In this document: piece by piece, positions 25,301 through 37,707 of the stretch
Position numbering within the stretch: the stretch's first letter is position 1
Layout of the letters: each line of letters starts with the position of its first letter
Origin: Paraspadella gotoi
Taxonomy: Eukaryota; Animalia; Chaetognatha
DNA length: 64,000 nucleotides
NCBI GenBank assembly: GCA_051294375.1
Contig: CM119269.1
Span: 16,000,455-16,064,454 of the forward strand
Direction: 5' to 3'
Made by a program: the position numbers and the translations under genes
The notes under the pieces: model-generated
Seen by the model: only the letters and a program-made list of their open reading frames with translations
What the model was told of the DNA's origin: nothing
The model's database searches: none

Positions 25301-26940
25301 ACCGAGGAACTTGGATAGATTCCATGTCGCCCTTCTTTTATTTTAACGTAAATGTCATTACAAGTTATCTTATATAACGGTAAGTAAAGTAAATCAAGTA
25401 AAAAACCCAAAATTGGCTGCTCTTGCTGACGGGGTCAATCTTGGATCCATGATCATGAGTTCTTGGGACTCGAATCTTATTAATGGTACTTGGTAAATTT
25501 ATTAATTATGCTCTAGTAACTAGAAAATAAAGTAGCCCTATTAATAAAAACAAGACGGTGAATCTATTAGCAACGTAATATTAAATGACAAAGATAAAAG
25601 TATTTTAAATATTAAGCTCCTATCAAATAATTTTAAAACAAATTACATGGACCGTTCATAAAAGAAACAGTACAAGCATTTATTTAAGAACATCCCCACA
25701 TATTTAAATCAGCAACCTGCCAGAAATTTATCCCCACAATCTCTTTTGCTGCGTATCATCACCGCGTCTTTTTGTGAACGAATATTCCCACGTCTTTTGC
25801 TGGAATCATCCCCCGCGTTCTTTTGCTTTACTGCGAATCATCCCCGCGTCTTTTGTGCGAATCATCCCCGCATATTTTTGCCTGCGATTCATGTTAGGAA
25901 TATTGATTAGAATAATCTTGGTTATAAAATAACTTTTTTTATCATTTTATTTAATAAAATTAGCAGAACGTTGATAATTACAATAAAATCTTATTTACAG
26001 AATGGAAATTGCTTTTGCTATTTCATCGATGCTTAGTAGCGTTTTTATTCAATTATAATCTTAAGAAAATTTTGTATATACCCAACCAACATTTATTATC
26101 AGTTTAGTTTGAATTTTTAACTATTGAATATAATTCCAAATGAATTAACCTGTCGGATGCCGCTTCCTCCACTTCCTGAGCCCAATGGTAAACAGGCTTG
26201 GGACCCAGTCATCCCCCCAAAACTCAGCTATATAAAAAAGATAATTTGTTAAATGCAATACACAAAAATGACAATGTTATAAGAAAAAAAAATTTTTAAA
26301 CAACAACCGAATGATTTAATACGATTCAAAAAATAAGCGACTCGTGTCTGAAAAAGGGATTAATAAAAATAGAACTATTGGAATGCATATGGAAATAAAA
26401 AATATTTAAAATTTTAATAATCTCGCAGAGTTACTATTTGAAAAAATGGAAAAAAATCTTAAATCACAATGATCCATCGCCTGAATATATCTACAAAAAA
26501 AAGCGATAAAGATCTGGCGAGATAAAAATAATGCGCTGATGTTTTATTTATTACCAACTTGCTGCACTATATGCCCCCTACCTCTTTGTCCGTCTCGCCA
26601 CTAAGGTCGCAGATAAGTATTGCTTGAGAAACTGGACACGGATTCTCCCTCTCCGTTGTTCTTGAAAACTTGACAAGTGGCGCACGCTTAGACCGCCTTA
26701 TTACTCTGCGTCCCGTCTCGCCTCAGATCGGCGGGCGAGACAAGGAAGAGTGGCTTGGTGCGGCGGCAAAACCTAGGCGTTGGTTGGCGTGCATGCGGTG
26801 ACAATTTCTAAACCGCTAAAAAAAAACTGCTAAAAAAACTACCATTTGCAAAATCCAGAAAAAATTATTATTTACTATTATATGTACTTTATAAAATTAT
26901 ATTTAAATTATTATATATTTAACTAAAACTTAATTTTAAA

Positions 26941-27550
26941 CTTAACCTACCCTATTATCTTTAACCTTAAACTTAACCTTAACCGTAACTTACCCCCAAC
27001 CTCAATTTACCCCAACCTAATTTCCCCTCAACCCAATTTCCCTCAAACCCTAATTTCCCTCAACCCTAATTTACCCCCAACTTAATTACCCCACCACCCT
27101 TAATTTACCCCAACCCTGATTTACCCCACCTAATTTACCCTAAACCTTAATTTCCTTCACCTTATTACCTCAACCTTATATTTACCCTCAACCTTAATTA
27201 TCCCTACCCTAATTCTCCCCCACCCTAATTTACCCCCACCCTAATTTACCCTAACCTAATTTCCCTCAACCTTAATTTACCCTCAACCTTAATTATCCTA
27301 CCCTAATTTACCCCCACCCTAATTACCCCCACCCTAATATACCCTAACCTAATTTCCCTCAACCTTAATTTACCCTCACCTTAATTATCCCTACCCTTAT
27401 TTACCCCCACTCCTCAATAATTTACTCCAACCCAATTTACCCCAACCTTAATTTACCCAACCCTAATTTCCCACAACCCTAATTACCCCCCACCTAATTA
27501 CCCCCACCCTAATTCACCCCAACCCTATTTACTCCCAACCCTAATTAACT
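26941..27550 (+). repeat. CCTAA-containing minisatellite, unit 3 copy
   Basis: Same array as 6311-6917. Confidence 0.9.
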
Positions 27551-28110
27551 AGTTTAATCTTATTTTTTAATTTAATTTTTTTTGGCACAAAAAATGTTAT
27601 AACAAAAATAACGCTGAATGAAGACTTGAAATTAGAATCGAACATGTCCATTTTTTTTCTTTGTGTCGACGAAAGGCTTGAGACGGTCAGGGTGGAAGTC
27701 CGAGGTTCGCAGGATTGGGCCGCGAAGTCGAGGCGAAGAGAACGGCCTCCTCAAGAAACGATCTCAAATGGGCTGTCATAGATTCGCGATGGCGCGTCGC
27801 GGCGGACACGAGCGCCAAAGCGGCAACTTTGAGGCCGCGCTCGGGGATTTTTGGGGATGATTAGATTGAGAAAGCTCTTCAGTTATCGTATTTGGGCAAT
27901 AGTTCTGATAACTATATCGACTGTTTAACTTAGTCGGACTCCGGCAAAACGCCCGCAGTTTTACGAAACATGCAATTTTTCTAAAATTTTCTTAGGTGGT
28001 AATAACTTTCCTCTATGTCAAATTCTTTATTTTCGAAAAAAAATCTTTCGTGTTGTATGTATTTGGGCAAAATGATTTTTGTTCAAACGAATTTTATTTA
28101 AACATAAAAC

Positions 28111-28148
28111 CGTACATGTTTCGGCTTGGATTCAAGCCTTCTTAGCGT
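28111..28148 (-). ncRNA. type I hammerhead ribozyme (left arm, unit 3)
   Basis: Reverse complement reads ACG-CTAAGA-A-GGCTTG-AATC-CAAGCC-GAAAC-AT-GTA-CG; one core G is missing. Confidence 0.65.
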
Positions 28149-28670
28149 CAATGAATTTGTGAAATTTTGACAGTTTTTTGTTGTCGGAAAAGGGAAAGAG
28201 AGAGAGAGAGAGAGAGAGGAGAGAGATAGGGCTAAAGTTATCCAACACAGAGTTTCAGAAAAATAATTAGTGTCAGTGGTGAGGACAGGTTAAGAAGAGG
28301 ACAATAGAGATTTTGTTTAGTTAGTTAATAACAGTTAAACTTTATTTGTGTACATTGAAATAATATTATTTTTCTTCTCCCATTAGTCTCTCTTCTCTCT
28401 TCTCCCTCTCTCTCTCCTCTCTTCTCTCTCTCTCAATTTTTTTTCCTCTCCCTTTTCTCCAACTTCTGACCATTTCATTTCTTATTCAAAACTAAAATCT
28501 CTATCTGTCCTCATTCTTAACCTGCTCCCTCACCACTTGACCACTATTATTTTTCTGAACTCTGTGTGTTGGAAACTTTGCCCTATCTTCTTCTCTCTTT
28601 CTCTCTCTCTCTCCTCTCTCTCTCTTCCCTTCTTTCACACAAAAAAACTGTTACCAATTTCACAATCATG

Positions 28671-28713
28671 ACCCTGAAGAAGGCTTGTAATCCAAAGCCG
28701 AAACATTGTACGT
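28671..28713 (+). ncRNA. type I hammerhead ribozyme (right arm, unit 3), complete core
   Basis: ACC-CTGAAGA-A-GGCTT-GTAATCCA-AAGCC-GAAAC-ATT-GTA-CGT. Confidence 0.78.
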
Positions 28714-30206
28714 TTTTCTAGTTAAATAAAATTCGTTGTGAAACAAAAATCATTTTGCCCAAATAAATTTTCTAAAAATCTATTCCTATTCATTTATAAT
28801 TTTCGTAAAAAAAAAGAAAAAAAAATCGGCTGGAGATAATTTATTTATAAACATCGAAAATCCCCAACCTCCTCTGATTTTCGTGAACCGCGGCTGGCTC
28901 GACGGAGTTGCCATGGCTTTCGATTGGTTCTCTAAGGGGCGTAATGATAAGTCTTGCGCACATTCAGGGCCATGTAAGAATCGCAGAGCAAACAAAGTCC
29001 AGATTCCTTTTTTCATATATAAAAACACGTAAATTTTTCGAGTGAGTCCCACCAGAAACATAAGACAAACGCAGAAATTGATCTCTCAGTCAGTTAATAG
29101 AACTAATTTAGACTGGCGGACAACGCGGGAATTAAGCGCCGAAAAAATCGTTTTAACAGGCAGATTATTAATTAAACAAGCAAGCTTGGTTAATTAAAAA
29201 AATTAGATCCCTTGTTTGACAAATCAAAAATCTATCTGACTGTGTAACATATGTATATATTAGTCTAGTCTCGGAGAATGAAGTTAGTCAGTTACGAAAG
29301 TGTGAAATTCCGTTAAACCGTCCACTTTGGCGGTCCATCGTACCATATCAAGATGACCGAATTTTTTCGAGTGCTCCACCGACACGGAACATTACCAAAG
29401 AGACCCCCCGCTTTCGAAATAAACTAAAACCAATTTATTAATAAAAAAATTATAAATAATATACAGGTCTTCTGCGGGAATTAAGAGGTGACCAAAAAAA
29501 GCGTGGAAAAACCCGGATCCTGATCCCCCCTCGCCCGAAACGATGTTTCTCTACAAATAAAGAAAACCGCTGATGGAAAAAAAATTCTGAGCGCTAAATT
29601 AAAACACTTTCCAAATAATTGAGTATTTCATAAAGATGTATGATTTACTCATGCTTCGATTCACTTTATTCCTCCAACTAATTTTGAAATGGACTTTTGT
29701 CGTCCGATTTATTCGTAATTTAATTTACACCGAAGAAAACAAAACCAAAAAAAGGAGCACTAATGACGAAAAATTATTTCTCCAAATCAAAGCGACAAAA
29801 ACGTGGATATTCGTAACGTAATCGCCGGTCCGACAGTCTTCCTATTTTTTCCTTGAATATTTGTCCGAACAAAGACGCAACCACACGTACATTCTCGTAA
29901 AGCAGAGAGATTCATCGAGCCCGCCCCAATTCAACCCCCCCCCCAACTAACCAAGAAACCCCCGAATTAAACCATAACTTCCAACTAAAACAAACTTGTA
30001 AAAACAAAAATGCCGAAGGGGGGGGGCAAGGGTTTGAACCACTGAAAGGAGAGAGGGGAAAAAGTTTACGGCATTTTTTTCTTCTTTTTTTCAGGAAAAA
30101 ACCGGAAAGTCGTCAAAGTCCGCCTTTTACGTCTTAACGACCAGAGAGCAACAAGAGGAAATTTTGGTGAAAACATGAAAAATTTGACGAGCCGAGTCTT
30201 CCTACT

Positions 30207-30274
<68 letters not shown>

Positions 30275-31652
30275 AAAGCCGGTCTGAGGAGAGGATTGAG
30301 GAACTGTCATGCCTCGGAAGGCGCTGCCCGGTTCGGAGAGAGGAGAGACCCGCTGCCATCATGGAATTGAAGATTATGGTTGTGGAGAGCCCAACTGTGG
30401 GGGCGGGCGGGTGTTGGGTGGGGGGAGGGCTGGAGGTGTTTCGTTGTGGTTGCGGCGAGGCGAAGTCGGGAAGCGGAGAATCGTTTGTTGTTGGAAGAAG
30501 TAGTTTATAGAAAAGTTTATACAAAGTTTATACTTAGAGAAAAGTTTATCAATAGAAGGTTTATGGGTGAAGGGTAGTTTCCTAATTCCAACGAACACTT
30601 TTGACTCGAATGAATTCGTCGGAATTAAAAACTGTGAAGATTTATCGTGAAGAGTGAAGTGTATAATAACGAGAAAAAAATTTGGGCGGGTCGGAGACTC
30701 GGAAGAAGACAATGAACTAAGAAGAAGAAAAAAAGAAGAGATTTGAGGGAGAGAAAAGGTGAGCATTAGACAAGGGCGAAAGAAAGGAGAGAAAATGAAA
30801 AGAAAGGAAAAAAAGTAAATAAGGAAAGGAAGTATGGAAAGAAAGAAGTTGCTCTGAGTGAAATGAGGTAGCACGGGACAAGACGAGGAAAGAGTGTTAA
30901 AGTTTACTTTACAATTTGAGGTTTGTAAATAATTCTTATTTATTAATCATTTAAATTGAAATCTAATCCTATAAGTTTTTTAGTTCGCACCGAAAAGAAT
31001 GTCATGAATTTTTTTTTTTTTAAATAGATATAGCATTTTAAATAGGTTTTTTAAATATTTTATTCCCTCTTAAAACTACCAATAGTGGTGCATCCCAACG
31101 TGTACAATATTAAACCCACATAATTCCCATGTCCCATGTCGCTAAAAGCCCGATCTAAACCTGGCCATGTCAACCATGTCATCCATGCCATTCTCATAAC
31201 GCACTCATACCCCCGACCGCTTTCCTCCCAAAAAAGAGCGAACGGTGAATTCGTTGTAACTTTTTTACGACTCGCGTTTCTCGAGCCGGGATTTTCTCTC
31301 TCTCTCTCTCTCTTCTTCTTCTTCTTCTTTTTCTTCTTCTTCCTCTTCCTCTTCCTCTTCCTCTTCCTCCTCGGCCGCTTCCGTTGACCTTTGAAAAGAC
31401 AGGCCTCTTTTTTTCTCCCTCCCCTCACTCGACCTCTTCTAACCACACCCCGTTTTACTTTCGTTGTATATCGCTAGAACTTTTGGCATTATGATAAAAT
31501 GTACTTCATCACGAGTTAAATTAAACATTCCATTTCAATTTTATTATAAATTTTAATAATATCTACGATGTACAAAAGCACCACGACCTTTTATCTATTC
31601 CTCTAGTTTGTTACCTTGTTGGTCTCACTAATTTCTTTTCGTAATTCCTAAG

Positions 31653-31894
31653 ATAGCAATAAGAATAAAGGCGATTGGTGGGTCCGGTGAAGAGCGGACG
31701 TTTAAGCTAGAGGTTCCTCTACACAAGCTTTCTCTAAACAGGCTTTCTCTGCGGGATTGTGCCAAGAATTATAAAAAGAACGAGAATTGTAAATGCAGCG
31801 ACCACATGACAGGTAAAAAGACTCGTCCCTATTGGTTTCACGGCTCGACTAAGTGTGAACTTCCAGTGACACTTACTCACCCACTATCGCTCGG
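31653..31894 (+). CDS. candidate internal exon, Cys-containing, unknown protein
   Basis: Pyrimidine tract plus TAAG acceptor, 80 open codons (IAIRIKAIGG...DCAKNYKKNENCKCSDH...KCELPVTLTHPLSL), and a GTAAGT donor. Confidence 0.45.
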
Positions 31895-32619
31895 GTAAGT
31901 TTAAAAATTGCGCCGACAACGCCGACGCTTACGAGGTCAACGAAGAAGGACGACAACAACGAAGAATCGGACATTTTCAAAACCGCGCGGAAAATAACAC
32001 ATATAATGTGGTAATGACAAAGTGATAATTATGACAAGAGTGACAAAAACAATGACAGCGTCTACCATGAAAAAAAAACTTCGAGAGGCGACCGCGCGGA
32101 TAATGAAGTCGACGACATGGATGACACCGGTGAAGACGAAGAGGAAACGACGACGACGACGACGACAACGACGACGACAACTAAGCTGACGCCTTCGCGA
32201 TTATTTGTTCCGCAGCGACGAATTCCACGTCGATGAGAAAGACGAAGACGACGACGACTATGAAAGGTAAGAAAAAAATGATTAAAATTGAAAAAAAAAG
32301 CTGACATCACGAGAAAAAAAAAAGGACGTTACGAAGCCGGACAAAAAAACCGGAAACCGTGAAATCGCAAGTGGTTTTGGGAGTTGGAGGACAAGGGTGA
32401 AATGGGGGTGAAGTGGGGGTTGAAATGAGGGAGTTGAAGCGAAGGGGGTGTGGGTGAAGAGTGGTGGGGAAGGTGGACATAGCGGAAAGGTTAAGTTGTT
32501 AAGGTGAAAACTGGTTTGCGGAAGCGTGATTCGAGTGGTGAAAAAAAAGCGGAAACGTAATGGCTGAGCGGACCTTTTGAGAATAAGAGTTTTTAAGAGA
32601 CGACTATTACGTAGAGAGA

Positions 32620-32673
<54 letters not shown>

Positions 32674-32721
32674 AGAGAAGAGAGAGAGAGAGATGGATTT
32701 CTTCGTTTCGCTCCGATGCAG

Positions 32722-32784
32722 GGACTGAGAGGTAAACCGATCTTGCTAATCAATTCCTCGTCGGCGGAGGAGGAAGAAAATGCG
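32722..32784 (+). CDS. candidate small exon (GLRGKPILLINSSSAEEEENA)
   Basis: CAG acceptor, GTGAG donor, 63 nt open, lying between (GA)n tracts. Confidence 0.3.
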
Positions 32785-32902
32785 GTGAGAGAGTGAATCT
32801 GAACAAAACCTCAAAAAACCTACCAACGCGTGAAATGTGAGAACGGAGAAAGCGAGAGAGAGAGAGAGAGAGACGAGAGAGAGAGAGCGAGAGAGAGAAA
32901 GG

Positions 32903-32937
<35 letters not shown>

Positions 32938-33405
32938 TTAACTTGTGAAATTATCCGTTCAGTCTCGATTTAAATCGTGAATAGCGACTGTTCACATTTT
33001 ACCTTCGCAAAGCCAAAGCAAAATGCTAGCAAATATGTCTAAGGTATTCTATAAGCATCTATAAAATATATATAAAAAAATCCATGTCGATATTTCGTTT
33101 CACGAGGAAAGAAAAAAAAATTTCAAACCGGCGCGGTTGGGGAGAAAAACATTTTCAACGAGTCGAAGAGGGAAAAGAGAAAAAGGGAAGGTAAGGTCAG
33201 GAGGTAAGGAGGTCATTGAAACGAGGCTGCAATTCCACGGAGAAAGTTGAAGTCGCCTCAGACACATTTTTCTTTTTCTAGCGGAAAAAAAAACCCAAGA
33301 CTGTTTTGAGGTTGGAAACTGGAGAGCCGAGAAAGCGTGAGCACCGGCGCCGGGGTAAGGTGGTCTGCGGGGGGGGGGAAGAGGGAGGGCTGGGTTGAGG
33401 GCTAT

Positions 33406-34700
33406 GCGGCGTGAGAGTGGTGGGATGGGATGGGGCGAGGTGAAAGGAAATATTTTGAGAACGAGAAAAGCTTAAAGTGAAGCAGTTTAAGAGGGCAGCG
33501 TTAAGTTTTAAGTTTAGATGAACAAGTTACAAACGAGAAGTAACCAGGGTGACAGTCAACGCCCCAGCTCAGTAAGATGAGGCCTCCTATGAGCTCTGGT
33601 TCTTCCGGTTCATAAATACAGGTCAGGTTGGAAAAGATGCAATTTGAGAGGTTAAAAAGGAAACAGGGTGATTTGAAATGATCCTTATGCTTGTCAGAAA
33701 TATTTTAAAACTTAAATATACAAACAGCATCTTAAAACATAATTCAAAAAAAGGGTTTAGTCTCTCCCTCCAATCGTCGCTTTTGATTTATAATAACTAA
33801 AGACTGAAAAGGAGAGGAGAAGATGAAGAAGCAAGAAGAGGAGGAGGAGGAGGAGGAGGAGGAGGACGAGGAAGCGGAAAAGGGAAGGTCCCTCGGCAAA
33901 GGGTGAAAGACATTTGTCTCATCCAACAAACCCCCTGGAGACAATCGCGAACTCGCGGTTCAACTCTCTTTTTTTTTTCCGCTCTCTCTCTCTCCCCGCG
34001 CTTCCGCCGCGGCTGTCGCGCTGGCGCGTCGCGGCCGCGGCGCTGGCGGGNNNNNNNNNNNNNNNNNNNNNNNNNGCGGTGGGCGTGAGAGGTGGTGGGA
34101 TGGGATGGGGCGAGGTGAAAGGAAATATTTTGAGAACGAGAAAAGTTAAAGTGAAGCAGTTTAAAGGGCGCGTTAAGTTTTAAGTTTAGATGAACAAGTT
34201 ACAAACGAGAAGTAACCAGTGACAGTCAACGCCCAGCTCCAGTAAGATGAGCCTCCTATGAGCTCTGGTTCTTCCGGTTCATAAATACAGGTCAGGTTGG
34301 AAAAGATGCAATTTGAGAAGTTAAAAAGGAAACAGGGTAGTAAATGATCCTTATGCTGTTCAGAAATATTTTAAAACTAAATATACAAACAGCACTTAAA
34401 ACATAATTCAAAAAAGGGTTAGTCTCTCCCTCAATCGTCGCTTTTGATAAAGACTGAAAAGGAGAGGAGAAGATGAACGAAGCAAGAAGAGAGAGGAGGA
34501 GGAGGAGGAGGGACGAGGAAGCGGAAAAGGAAGGTCCCTCGGCAAGACACACGGGTGAAAGAATTTGTCTCATCCACAAACCCCTGGAGACAATCGCGAA
34601 CTCGCGGTTCAACTCTCTTTTTTTTCCGCTCTCTCTCTCTCCCCGCGCTTCCCGCCGCGGCTGTCGCGCGTTGGCGCGTCGCGGCCGCGCGCGGGGCGGG
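33406..34700. repeat. ~640-bp direct duplication across a 25-N gap (probable assembly overlap)
   Basis: 33406-34050 matches 34076-34700, differing mostly by small indels. Confidence 0.85.
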
Positions 34701-35340
34701 TCCCTGCTGAGGGTTCAGAAGTCTGGACGAGGGTTATGTTAACTGGTTAACAAGGTTTTTTTTTTCGCGAGCTCTCGCGGCATTTACTCACCCCCATAGT
34801 TTTTTTTTTTGCACTCGTCCTCACTCTACCATTCTGCTCCTCCCCCCCCCCCAGCGGATCGTCCGCCGCGCTCGCTCGCGTTTGTATATTCAGGCTGCAT
34901 ATACAATCGAGAGGTAAGGCAAAGCGGGATCCGGAGGTGAGGGGAGGTGAGGGGAGTAAAGAAGTCTCCTTCTCTTTACCTTTCGGTTCCATTTCGTCGT
35001 AATTTGGTGAGTCTCTCTGGGAGAATAATCGCCTTGGAGGTTGATTGGTAAGTTTGAGAAATGAAGTTGAATTTGTAGATATTGTTACGAATCGAGGATC
35101 GACTTTGGGTCAGTGAACGAGTAAATGTCGCGGGTAAGTTCGAGTGAGTGAGCGACTCTGGGAGTCTCGGTCCTGACTTGGGTGATTGACTTGGGTGATT
35201 GACCTGGAAGGTGACTTGGGTGAATAGCTTGAGCGAGTCACTTGGGTGAGTGACTCCAAGGGTGACGAGCGAATCGGGGTGAGGGTGTGTGAGTCGCGAG
35301 GGAAACTCGATGCCACGGATTTTCCTGTTTTTCCGCTTCC

Positions 35341-35490
<150 letters not shown>

Positions 35491-35789
35491 CAGATCCAAG
35501 ATTTCCTGATGAAGTGGGTCTTTGACATGAAGAGCAGATGATGCGTCGTGTGGCAGCATCCCTCCTCAACCGGGTGACGACGACGACGACGACGACGAAG
35601 ATGTCGCTTCACCTGAGCGCGCAATCCGTTGCCATGACAACCGCGAAACAAAGATGGCGGCAAATCGTGAAACGCGGGAGACGCGGGAGACAGAGAGAGA
35701 GTGAAAAAAATAAAGTTGGAGGTGAGGAAAAAAAAGGGGAGAAGAGATCGAATCCGGGATGATTGAGGAAAATGGGATAAGTGTGGATA

Positions 35790-36032
35790 AGGCGCTACGT
35801 GGGCTGAAGATGACTGTCCGTAACTTCTATAACCCCCTCTAACAGCCATGGAACGGGTCCCTGGGCTTGGAACCAGGCTTGAGGGTTTGCCATGCCCCCA
35901 AGGCGGCTTACGGCCGTCCTCACACTTCCGGCAGGGTAGGTAACGGGTTGGGATTGAACCCGGTACCGGGTTGGGATTGAACCCGGTACAGTGGTCATGA
36001 GCTGATGGCTTTACTCAATGAGCCACCGGGTC
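35790..36032 (-). mobile_element. tRNA-derived SINE candidate with a duplicated B box
   Basis: Reverse complement has A box TGGCTCATTGAG and B box GGTTCAATCCC inside a 23-bp tandem duplication (35944-35989), followed by a GC-rich body. The 3' end is uncertain. Confidence 0.6.
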
Positions 36033-36507
36033 ACAACTGAAAGTGTCATGATTCTAGGCGGGGTGAACCTAGGCAATGCCCGACTACATAAGTGATGAGT
36101 GACAAGCGGGTGAGGTGAGGTGAGGTGATGTGATGTGAGGTGAGGTGAGGTGAGGTTGGGTGAGGTCGAAGATGTTGTCACGATTCACGCCGAATAAAGA
36201 AATGAAGAGGAATTTGCGTGACCAGTGACCATTATTTTTCCCGGCCTTTTGAGTTTTAAGTTTTTATTAATGTAGATTTGTTTTCTAATCAATAGACTAC
36301 GTATTGTTTATTGTTAAATGGATTACATTAAAATAAATTGTTTTAAAAGACTAACACCAATGATTTGATTACCTTCTGTTCCATCTGCTCCCTCGCCGAG
36401 TCCCGTTGCCCTTTTGAAACGAGGCCTTTGTCTTCCTCTTTGCCTCCAATTCGAGAAAAAATTTCGCCGTTTATGGATCAGAATCTGTTAAAATTTTTAC
36501 GATTCAA

Positions 36508-36550
<43 letters not shown>

Positions 36551-36663
36551 CTCACAAAGGAGCCCCTCGATCTTATCTCGCTCTCCGCTCAGCTCCTCGC
36601 CAAAAATTGTCATGGATACAATTGCCAAAACCAGAAAACCACAAAAGAATTTTTCGATCCCAT
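36551..36663 (-). CDS. candidate first exon encoding a signal peptide (needs one extra base in a homopolymer)
   Basis: ATG GGA TCG AAA [A]AA TTC... gives MGSKKFFCGFLVLAIVSMTIFGEELSGERDKIEGLLCE, followed by a GTAGAG donor. Confidence 0.4.
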
Positions 36664-36855
36664 TTTTTTTTCTCTTTCTTTTGTTTTCAGTTTTTAACAT
36701 TTTTTACTTTTTTTCTTTCTTTCTTTTTTTTTTTTTTATTCAGCCGGGTTTAAATCATTCATTCCGTTTAATGCTTATCATCCATTGTTCTTTTGTGGCC
36801 TTTACACGATCCATCATGAACGTTGGATTCATGGCAATTCGCCGATTGTGCGAGA

Positions 36856-36886
<31 letters not shown>

Positions 36887-37078
36887 GAGTTTGAATTTTT
36901 TTTTTCATTTCGATTTTTTTTACTGATTTGATAAACAGAACCGTACGTATAAGATATCTGACTGACGTTGATTGATAAAGCACACAGCGAACTTTTTGCC
37001 CTTTGTTTTGGATAAAATTTTATCAAGTTAAAACAAAAAATAAAATTGGGGATCAGAAAATAAATTCTCGTGAAATAA

Positions 37079-37151
37079 AGGTACTGCCCGGTTTCGAACC
37101 GGGGACCTTCTGCGTGTTAGGCAGATGTGATAACCACTACACCACAGCACC
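37079..37151 (-). tRNA. trnV-AAC: tRNA-Val(AAC)
   Basis: GGTGCTGTGGTGTAGTGGTTATCACATCTGCCTAACACGCAGAAGGTCCCCGGTTCGAAACCGGGCAGTACCT; full cloverleaf with A and B boxes. Confidence 0.95.
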
Positions 37152-37307
37152 GTTGTCTCATGCAGATAATTGAATTTATTATATTTTCGCCTCGAGGTAA
37201 TACATATAACTTATCGTATTGTATTTCTTTTGTTAAGCTAAGAAAAAAGGGAACATGTAAAACGATAATTTCAATTAGTTTCCTTAAGTTTCACCGACTA
37301 ATCATCT

Positions 37308-37381
37308 GGCCGGTTAGCTCAGCTGGTTAGAGCGTGGTGCTAATAACGCCAAGGTCGCGGGTTCGATCCCCACACTGGCCA
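37308..37381 (+). tRNA. trnI-AAT: tRNA-Ile(AAT)
   Basis: GGCCGGTTAGCTCAGCTGGTTAGAGCGTGGTGCTAATAACGCCAAGGTCGCGGGTTCGATCCCCACACTGGCCA; T5 terminator follows; one T-stem mismatch. Confidence 0.95.
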
Positions 37382-37594
37382 ATCCTTTTTATCCTAATTA
37401 AATTGACAATTTTATAGTGGTAAAGAGTTATCTATGTATATTAATTAGTTAATTTCAATAATTGTCTTTCATAACCTTAATGCAAGCAACAAGATCATTT
37501 TTATGTTGCTCTTTCAAACAAAATTAAATTTTAAATAATTTGTTACAGGAAATGTTTTGCAGTAACGTAAGAATGATCTCTCATCTTACATTGT

Positions 37595-37667
37595 GGGGGA
37601 TTAGCTCAAATGGTAGAGCGCTCGCTTAGCATGCGAGAGGTACCGGGATCGATACCCGGATCCTCCA
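37595..37667 (+). tRNA. trnA-AGC: tRNA-Ala(AGC)
   Basis: GGGGGATTAGCTCAAATGGTAGAGCGCTCGCTTAGCATGCGAGAGGTACCGGGATCGATACCCGGATCCTCCA; G3:U70 present; T4 terminator. Confidence 0.97.
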
Positions 37668-37707
37668 TGTTTTGCAGTCGGATATCTAAATTTTAACAAA
37701 AAAAATA

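Larger units (their letters stand above)
27974..28777. mobile_element. inverted pLTR-like hammerhead element, unit 3 copy
   Basis: Same architecture as 7340-8127. Confidence 0.7.
24591..29157. repeat. ~10.6-kb tandem repeat, partial unit 3
   Basis: Follows a 25-N gap and is colinear with ~4040-8510, with indel noise; a garbled tail continues to ~29900. Confidence 0.9.
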
